A DNA stretch of 64,000 nt. Source: Candidatus Latescibacterota bacterium (GTDB lineage Bacteria > Latescibacterota > UBA2968). The notes beneath the pieces were generated by a model, which saw only the letters and a program-made list of their open reading frames with translations, did not search any database and was not told the DNA's origin. Shown one piece after another: positions 57,911-64,000 of this stretch (its first letter is position 1; the number at the start of each line of letters is the position of its first letter). The stretch lies in NCBI GenBank assembly GCA_965208125.1, contig OZ242320.1:1280001-1344000 (forward strand), given 5' to 3'. A program made the translations under genes and the position numbers.

Positions 57911-57984
57911 AGCGGGCGACCACAGGGGGTCGCCCCTACAAACCACAATATCATCGTAGGGGACGGCCCCTGTGCCGTCCCAGT
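57911..57984. repeat. REP doublet (inverted class A plus class B)
   Basis: 57911-40 is the reverse complement of 47407-36, and 57956-84 is the reverse complement of 47438-66. Confidence 0.85.
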
Positions 57985-57996
57985 ATTCAGCGAATA

Positions 57997-58036
57997 AAAA
58001 AAGAGCACTGATTCTAAGAACCAGTGCTCTTTTTAT
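57997..58036. terminator. Bidirectional intrinsic terminator
   Basis: AAAAAGAGCACTG-loop-CAGTGCTCTTTTT between convergent genes. Confidence 0.75.
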
Positions 58037-58053
58037 TATCCGCATCACATTAT

Positions 58054-58824
58054 TCATCGTTGAATATCGTGACGTATGGCATCTCTGGGCACGGGCAAAA
58101 CAAAGTCCTTGTCGGACAGACCCGTATTAATAGCACGCGATTTGACCTGAATGAGAATGATATCCTCACCTTGCCGAATCTCGATGCGACGAGGTAGTGC
58201 AAAACCGTCATCCAGGCGATAATCAGACAGAATGCGCGCCGATACGAGTTGTCCATCGGCATTATAAACTCTTTCTTCGCGCAAAAAACCCGTACGCGCT
58301 TCAATCCAGAGACGGCGCAAATAGAGGTCGTATTGCAACTCGATAAAAATATGTTTTTCCCCGGGTTCAAAACGCACCACGCGGGAGGCATCTATGGGAG
58401 AGAGATTGGGCAAACCGAGAATGGCGCGATCATACGCATAATAGGACAAATCAACATCCGTGAGTACGTAGAGCACATCTTCGGGATTGCCCACGAGATA
58501 GCGATTCTCGCGGGGCAGGTGAACGTGCAGCGTATCATCCCGGGCACGCGCGGCCATAACCACAGTGCCGAAACCACCAACGACGAGTTTGAGATCCGAA
58601 GGAAATCGGTGACGCACAAGAGCAGAAGCCCTGCGTTCGCGCACCCCATCAATAGTGAGGTCAACGCTGGCGCGAACCTCCTGATTGTGCAAACTGTCGT
58701 AACGGGTAGCGATGAGATGGAAAAATTCGGTTGAAGAAGTAATAGGCGGCAAAAGAGCGGGGCGGTTGGCGACACAGCCAGCGATCAGAAAGAGGAGAAT
58801 AAGTAGGCATCTACGATTGTGCAT
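58054..58824 (-). CDS. Lipoprotein, DUF4292/LolA-LolB-like fold
   Basis: Lipobox LIAGC, Y...DG..LP..I.I and N.GL....F.L..P motifs. Lies downstream of the TPR gene. Confidence 0.7.
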   Translation of the reverse strand: MHNRRCLLILLFLIAGCVANRPALLPPITSSTEFFHLIATRYDSLHNQEVRASVDLTIDGVRERRASALVRHRFPSDLKLVVGGFGTVVMAARARDDTLHVHLPRENRYLVGNPEDVLYVLTDVDLSYYAYDRAILGLPNLSPIDASRVVRFEPGEKHIFIELQYDLYLRRLWIEARTGFLREERVYNADGQLVSARILSDYRLDDGFALPRRIEIRQGEDIILIQVKSRAINTGLSDKDFVLPVPRDAIRHDIQR

Positions 58825-58882
58825 TGAGCCTTTGGGGTGGTAGGGTGGGGTGAACTGCTGGCGCAGTTGTACACCGTTCCGT

Positions 58883-60790
58883 CTATTCGGAAGTACTCGC
58901 GTCTTTGGAAAGATTTTTGAATTTTTCCCGCAGAGTCTGGTTATCGGGATCAAATTCTATAGCGCGTTCATAATGGTGGCTCGCGCGGGAAAAATCGCCC
59001 ATTTTGTGCGCTGTGTCTCCCGCGTGCTCGTGGATGACCGCGAGATTTTCGCGCAAGCCATCTACGATCGGAGAATTGGGGTTGGTTTGGCGAAGGGTTT
59101 CTTCCTCTACGGTAAGTGCGCGGTCCAGCCAGCGCGCGGCATTTTCATACTGTTTGAGCTGATAATAGACCCAGCCGAGGCTATCGAGATACGCGCCGTT
59201 CTCAGGGTCATTTTTCAGAGCGCGTTCAATTAACTTTTTCGCTTCAGTGAGGCGTTCACCGCGCTCGGCGAGCATATACCCCAAATAATTGCTGGCCTCT
59301 GCGTGATCCTGGTCCAGTGCTAAAAGACGTTGAAATATAGCGACAGCGCGATCGAAATGTCCCGCCCGTTCAAGACTGCGCCCCAGATCAAAGAGCACAT
59401 GCTCGAGAAATTCGGGACTGTCTTCCGTATCAGCGACGAGTGGCTCCAGCAGGGGAATGGCTTTTTCCCAGTTGCGATCAAAAAGATATGTACGCGCCAG
59501 TTCGTAGCGAAAACCCGTGTGTTCTGGCCTCGCCTCAACAGCCTGTTGATAGATATTGCGCGCACTGGCAATTTCGTCCTGCCGCAGAAAAACGCGGGCG
59601 AGATCAAACGCGATTTGATCGTAATACTCGCTTTCAGGGCGCGTATCCCGATGGAGTTTTTCCAAAATCTGTTGCGCGCTCGCCCAATTTTCTTCGATCC
59701 TGTAAGAACGGGCTATGCCGAGATGATATTCTGTCTTTTCACCCTGTAAATTGGCGTGGCGATAGGTTCTGCGCGCATCTGTCGTACGATTGACATCGAG
59801 CAACAGACCGGCTTTTGTGCCCAGCAGGGTCTGATTTTCGGGATCGGTTTGCAACTGGTGATTGAGAACGCGTTCGGCCATATCGGCAAATAGCATTTTC
59901 TCGTCGTGATCGTGACGGCCCCTCACCATTCTGAGAAGCACATTGCCCAATCGATTGACCAGGTGGGTATCTGGTGGTATTTCTTCAAGAAGGCGATTTA
60001 GATAGTCTGCATGGGTGTAAATATGTACCAATTGAACCCAAACCGGAACAGTCTCCCTGGTAACGTTATAATCTTGCCGCGCGATTATCCGCCGAAAATT
60101 TTGTTCAGCAGATAGTGTATCGCCTCGAGAGAGCTGTGTTATGCCCAATTGAAAAAGGAGATCGTCGTTATTGGGATCATCTTCGAGGACATCGCGATAA
60201 ATTTGTGCTGCTTTGTCAAATGCGCGCAGCCGGTGGTAGTTTTCAGCGGCAAAGAGCTTTTCCTGCGAGCCCTGTCCCGGGACGGCAACGATGCTATCGA
60301 GCACCGTTATGACGTTGCTGCGTTGTCCCCGGGCATTGTAAATTTGGAGAAGTTGATGATAAGCACTCAGGTCTCTCGGCGCGAGCCGCACAATAGTATT
60401 TAACTGGTCAATAGCTGTGGTGGTGTCGCGCAAGCCCCGGCTGAGAGCGTGATAATAGAGCCAGCGGGTCTGCACATTTTTGGGATTAATTTGAACGGCT
60501 CGTCGCGCGGGTTCGACCGCATCTTGAAACCGCCGAACAGCATTGAGATTGCGAGCCAGTGCACTGTAAAGCGTCGCAGAAGTCGAGTCGTACTGCACAG
60601 CAGCTCGCAGTTCGGAAATAGCCCGATCGCGTTGGCCTGCGGCTTCTGCAAATCGCGCCCGCAAAAAGTGCGTAACTGCTTGGGGATGCGGAAGTGTTTT
60701 CTTTGGTACAGGCCGCAAGCTAATTTGCGGTTGCTGCGCTGTTGCACAGCCGATGAGCAATGTGAGCAAACAAAAGAATGCGTAACGCAT
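58883..60790 (-). CDS. TPR-repeat lipoprotein
   Basis: Lipobox LIGC, many TPR units, NYLGYMLA...A...I.RAL..DP.N.AYLDSLGWVYY, EH.GD. Confidence 0.88.
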   Translation of the reverse strand: MRYAFFCLLTLLIGCATAQQPQISLRPVPKKTLPHPQAVTHFLRARFAEAAGQRDRAISELRAAVQYDSTSATLYSALARNLNAVRRFQDAVEPARRAVQINPKNVQTRWLYYHALSRGLRDTTTAIDQLNTIVRLAPRDLSAYHQLLQIYNARGQRSNVITVLDSIVAVPGQGSQEKLFAAENYHRLRAFDKAAQIYRDVLEDDPNNDDLLFQLGITQLSRGDTLSAEQNFRRIIARQDYNVTRETVPVWVQLVHIYTHADYLNRLLEEIPPDTHLVNRLGNVLLRMVRGRHDHDEKMLFADMAERVLNHQLQTDPENQTLLGTKAGLLLDVNRTTDARRTYRHANLQGEKTEYHLGIARSYRIEENWASAQQILEKLHRDTRPESEYYDQIAFDLARVFLRQDEIASARNIYQQAVEARPEHTGFRYELARTYLFDRNWEKAIPLLEPLVADTEDSPEFLEHVLFDLGRSLERAGHFDRAVAIFQRLLALDQDHAEASNYLGYMLAERGERLTEAKKLIERALKNDPENGAYLDSLGWVYYQLKQYENAARWLDRALTVEEETLRQTNPNSPIVDGLRENLAVIHEHAGDTAHKMGDFSRASHHYERAIEFDPDNQTLREKFKNLSKDASTSE

Positions 60791-60795
60791 GATCG

Positions 60796-62052
60796 TTAAT
60801 CCCTGGGTGGACGAATTTTTGATTTGGGTTTTTTGAACTCCCACATCAGTTCGCTGCGGCCAAAATCGGTTTCGTGAGACTGCACGATGAGTTTGATATA
60901 CTTTGTCTGATCTGAAACAACCGATGTTTTCATAACCGTGTGCGCGGAAAAATAGAGTATAAGCAATTTTTCATTGCCCACATAAGTAATATTCATGGGC
61001 GGCTCTGCAAAATAGCGCACTTTTTCACCGGGCCTATAAGTGGGATAAATATACGTACCAAATACATCTGTGACTTCGATTTCTCTACCCGGTACAGAAA
61101 CCTGGAGTGCTTCGAGCGGATAAAATGCCCGCTCTTCAATATTGTCGGGTTCATACCCGATCTCTTCGCTGTCTTCGAGATAAATTGTCCAGCGACTCAG
61201 ATCGAGATACCCTTTGTCGTAAATGGTATTGAATTTTACGCGAATTTGAATATCGTCATCGAGTTGGTTTTGGCTGGCATACGCATCCCATGTGTGGGCA
61301 GAAATGCTGTCGGGACCGTAGTGGGTTTGCAACATGTCAAACTCTGAACGCACGAGATCCGGGACGTATAGCGTCGCTGAGATAAGCAACGGGGAACGCA
61401 CGACGCGATAGCGTTCGGAAACCCCCAACTCTCGGAATTGCAAATCTGGATGATCGGCAATACTCGGTGCCTGTGACAAATTATCTATGGGACGCACCGA
61501 GGGAATAAAGCTGCGCACAGTCCATATCTTGAGCAATTGCGGATATGTCCAGGTATTATCTGGATCCGGTTTTGAAGGCAGAGTGAGTTTATACACCTCT
61601 TTTTTTCCCGAAAATTCGGGAAAAAGTGGAGAGTTCTGAACGTGATAATAGGGATGTTCCGCAATGGGGATAGCAAAAACATCGCCTTTTTCAATGAGCT
61701 TATCCAGGCGTTCGATTTGCTTGCTATCGAGCGCAGTTTTGAGCGCATCAAACACAGCACTCGCACTGTCATTAGCACTTTGTCGCAGACTTTTCAGATC
61801 TTTGAGTTTGGGAATATAGCCCTGCCACAAAAGGGCTTCATTGGTTCGGCGAGCGCGTTCGGTTTGATATTCAATCACGATATCGCGAAGCGCAGAAACG
61901 TGATTGGCAATATGTTCTTTCTGATCGCCCCTCGCCTTGAGGTGCTTGCTCAATCGATCCGCTTCAAGGAGATCCTTCGTATTGGCACCCCAGGCAGTTT
62001 GAAGCGCGAAAACAAAAAGAAAAAGGAGGGTTGAGGCAATTCGCAAAAACAT
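60796..62052 (-). CDS. Secreted hypothetical protein
   Basis: 418-aa ORF with signal peptide (AWG|A), tightly packed in the operon. No family recognised. Confidence 0.7.
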   Translation of the reverse strand: MFLRIASTLLFLFVFALQTAWGANTKDLLEADRLSKHLKARGDQKEHIANHVSALRDIVIEYQTERARRTNEALLWQGYIPKLKDLKSLRQSANDSASAVFDALKTALDSKQIERLDKLIEKGDVFAIPIAEHPYYHVQNSPLFPEFSGKKEVYKLTLPSKPDPDNTWTYPQLLKIWTVRSFIPSVRPIDNLSQAPSIADHPDLQFRELGVSERYRVVRSPLLISATLYVPDLVRSEFDMLQTHYGPDSISAHTWDAYASQNQLDDDIQIRVKFNTIYDKGYLDLSRWTIYLEDSEEIGYEPDNIEERAFYPLEALQVSVPGREIEVTDVFGTYIYPTYRPGEKVRYFAEPPMNITYVGNEKLLILYFSAHTVMKTSVVSDQTKYIKLIVQSHETDFGRSELMWEFKKPKSKIRPPRD

Positions 62053-62055
62053 AGG

Positions 62056-62472
62056 TCAATGTTCCGATGAACCGATTTCGACGTGTACGCTCCACCAGTT
62101 AAAATTCTGTCCGCTGGCCTCAAGTGTGACCGGGCTTGTCTGTCCTGCTGTCATATTCATTCTGGAGGTAGGACCGAGTTCAACCCTGTTTGACAGGTGG
62201 ATTTCGACACGGACATTGGAGACAGTCGCGTTGGTCGTATTGGTCAATGTTCCCGTGAACATCTCTTGCTGACTGTCGTAGCGCATGACGAGCTCAACTC
62301 CGCTTCGGGCCTCCTTAGCCTCATCTGCCAGTCCATACTGAGTACCTGATTCACCTGCTTCACCCGATTCGGTCGGACTGCCCGCGCACGCCATGAGGAC
62401 CAGCGTAAAGACACAAGCCAGAGCATAGAGAGATATGGTTCGAGATGGTTCAGGGTGTGTGGATGTTGACAT
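62056..62472 (-). CDS. Hypothetical lipoprotein (Ig-like, possibly FxLYD-like)
   Basis: RBS CAGGAGG, lipobox LMAC, beta-rich G.L.N.T...V.NVRVE.HL..G..LGPT. Confidence 0.7.
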   Translation of the reverse strand: MSTSTHPEPSRTISLYALACVFTLVLMACAGSPTESGEAGESGTQYGLADEAKEARSGVELVMRYDSQQEMFTGTLTNTTNATVSNVRVEIHLSNRVELGPTSRMNMTAGQTSPVTLEASGQNFNWWSVHVEIGSSEH

Positions 62473-62643
62473 GGTTATATCCTCCTGTCGGAATGTGTTA
62501 TCCACTTCTTTTTCGGAATGTATAGTTCTAATGTCTAAATATAAAAAAGGTTCAAATTTTTTAAAAAATCGAAAATGATCATTGTAGTTCTATCTCTTAA
62601 AAAACAATATGTTGTAAACATAAACCACACACGATATATTTTG

Positions 62644-64000
62644 TTATTTTCGTCGATGTCGCGTGCGTTTGGCGCGATTGTTGCGGCGATGTGGGATGTG
62701 TTTCAGCAGGTGAAAATCTATCCGCAGGCGTTGCTGGTCGAGCTGGGCGAGTTGTACCCGAACCGAATCTCCAAGTCGGAAAATCGTCCCCGTGGATTCA
62801 CCAATGAGCGCGCCTTGCAACTCGTGGTAAATATAATAATCATCGTAGAGATATTTTACGTGAACCAGACCCTCAATGAGTACATCATTGAGCTGAACAA
62901 AAAACCCGATAGAACGCACATCGACGATAACAGCATCAAAACACTCGCCCATCTTATCTTTCAAATACAGAATCTGCATAAGCCGAATAGCATCCCACTC
63001 GGCTTGTTGCGCAGCGATCTCGCGTTGCGTCGCCAGATCCCCAATATCGGGCAAGCGGCGTGCCCGGCGCGCCATCTGTCCGGGCGTGATCGCATCGTTA
63101 ATCGCATCGCGCAAGATGCGGTGAAGAATCAAATCGGGATAGCGCCGAATGGGCGATGTGAAATGCGTATAAGTATCGCAGGCCAATCCAAAATGACCGA
63201 CATTGTCGGGTGTGTACACCGCTTTCTTCATTGAGCGCAACAGGCGATTACTCAAAATATAACCAACAGGCTCATCCTTGAAATTTGCGAGAAACGCCTG
63301 GATATTTTCCGCCCGCGAGGGATTTGAAAGGCGATATCCCAGTGATTTTGCCAGATCGCAAAATTCGGCGAGTTTTTCACCATCGGGCGGTTCGTGGACG
63401 CGATAGAGAATCGGGACGCCGCTATCGGCCATGTGCCGCGCAACGATTTCATTTGCCAGAAGCATAAATTCTTCAATGAGACGGTGGCTATTCAAACGAG
63501 CGCGGGGACCAATGTGAATGGGATGACCCTGATCGTCGAGGACAATACGCGGTTCGGGAATCTCAAAATCAATCGTACCCCTTGCCATGCGTCTCTCTGT
63601 CAGACGACTCCTCAGAGCTTCCATATGCATGAGAACATCGGCATGCGATTCGGCGGGATTGGTCGCGCCCCTATCGCAATCGAGCACGCGCTGAACCTCT
63701 TCATAAGACAGGCTCGCGCGGCTGCGTATAACCGTCTCTGCAATTTGGGTGTCAATCAGCTCGCCATCGGGGGTAATCTGCGCCAGAACACTCAGCGCCA
63801 GACGATCTTCACCGGGCTGCAGAGAACAGATATTTGCAGAAAGCCTCTCCGGCAACATGGGAATAACGCGATCGGGAAAATACACGCTACTGCCGCGCGC
63901 GAGAGCTTCGTGGTCAAGGGGCGAGCCTTCGGGAACATAGTAGCTGACATCGGCAATATGAATGCCCAGACAATAGGTCTGATCATCGAGAACCTGAAGC
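62644..64000 (-). CDS. rnr: Ribonuclease R (RNB plus S1 plus basic tail), 5' end outside the window
   Basis: HIADVS.YV, YFP..V.PMLP..LS...CSL, LIEEFM..AN, YRVH..P, GHFGLA...Y.HFTSPIRRY.DL..HR, S1 domain, Arg/Lys tail. Confidence 0.95.
   Translation of the reverse strand, partial: LQVLDDQTYCLGIHIADVSYYVPEGSPLDHEALARGSSVYFPDRVIPMLPERLSANICSLQPGEDRLALSVLAQITPDGELIDTQIAETVIRSRASLSYEEVQRVLDCDRGATNPAESHADVLMHMEALRSRLTERRMARGTIDFEIPEPRIVLDDQGHPIHIGPRARLNSHRLIEEFMLLANEIVARHMADSGVPILYRVHEPPDGEKLAEFCDLAKSLGYRLSNPSRAENIQAFLANFKDEPVGYILSNRLLRSMKKAVYTPDNVGHFGLACDTYTHFTSPIRRYPDLILHRILRDAINDAITPGQMARRARRLPDIGDLATQREIAAQQAEWDAIRLMQILYLKDKMGECFDAVIVDVRSIGFFVQLNDVLIEGLVHVKYLYDDYYIYHELQGALIGESTGTIFRLGDSVRVQLAQLDQQRLRIDFHLLKHIPHRRNNRAKRTRHRRK

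Overview
64 kb of a gene-dense bacterial chromosome. I saw no rRNA, tRNA, CRISPR array or intact transposase. The gene content (five PhyH-family dioxygenases, a sulfatase, a GWxTD protein, a cohesin/EF-hand/LRR surface protein, double-length UvrA) suggests, by inference only, an FCB-group or candidate-phylum organism such as a sponge-associated Latescibacterota- or Poribacteria-like symbiont. Core genes are ychF-like, rel, glgP, uvrA and rnr, plus catabolic and ABC transport genes. Two blocks look compositionally distinct by eye. (i) About 20.5-25.2 kb: DUF2059, an M16 protease pair and a Cys-rich protein, mostly bracketed by a 34-bp imperfect direct repeat. (ii) About 37.6-43.5 kb: a probable defence island downstream of uvrA. 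It carries a structured non-coding element, a coupled HerA-NurA-DNA methyltransferase operon (MTase frameshifted), and a near-consensus promoter followed by a ~75-nt two-hairpin RNA/terminator and an NYN RNase gene. The HerA-NurA-MTase operon and the RNA + NYN unit (type III toxin-antitoxin-like layout) are the best candidates for undescribed systems. Other oddities are a Rel with a degenerate hydrolase site, a tail-anchored pseudo-receiver, a decayed higBA remnant and BIME-like GTAG REP mosaics. All product calls come from motif recognition by eye; no database searches were run.
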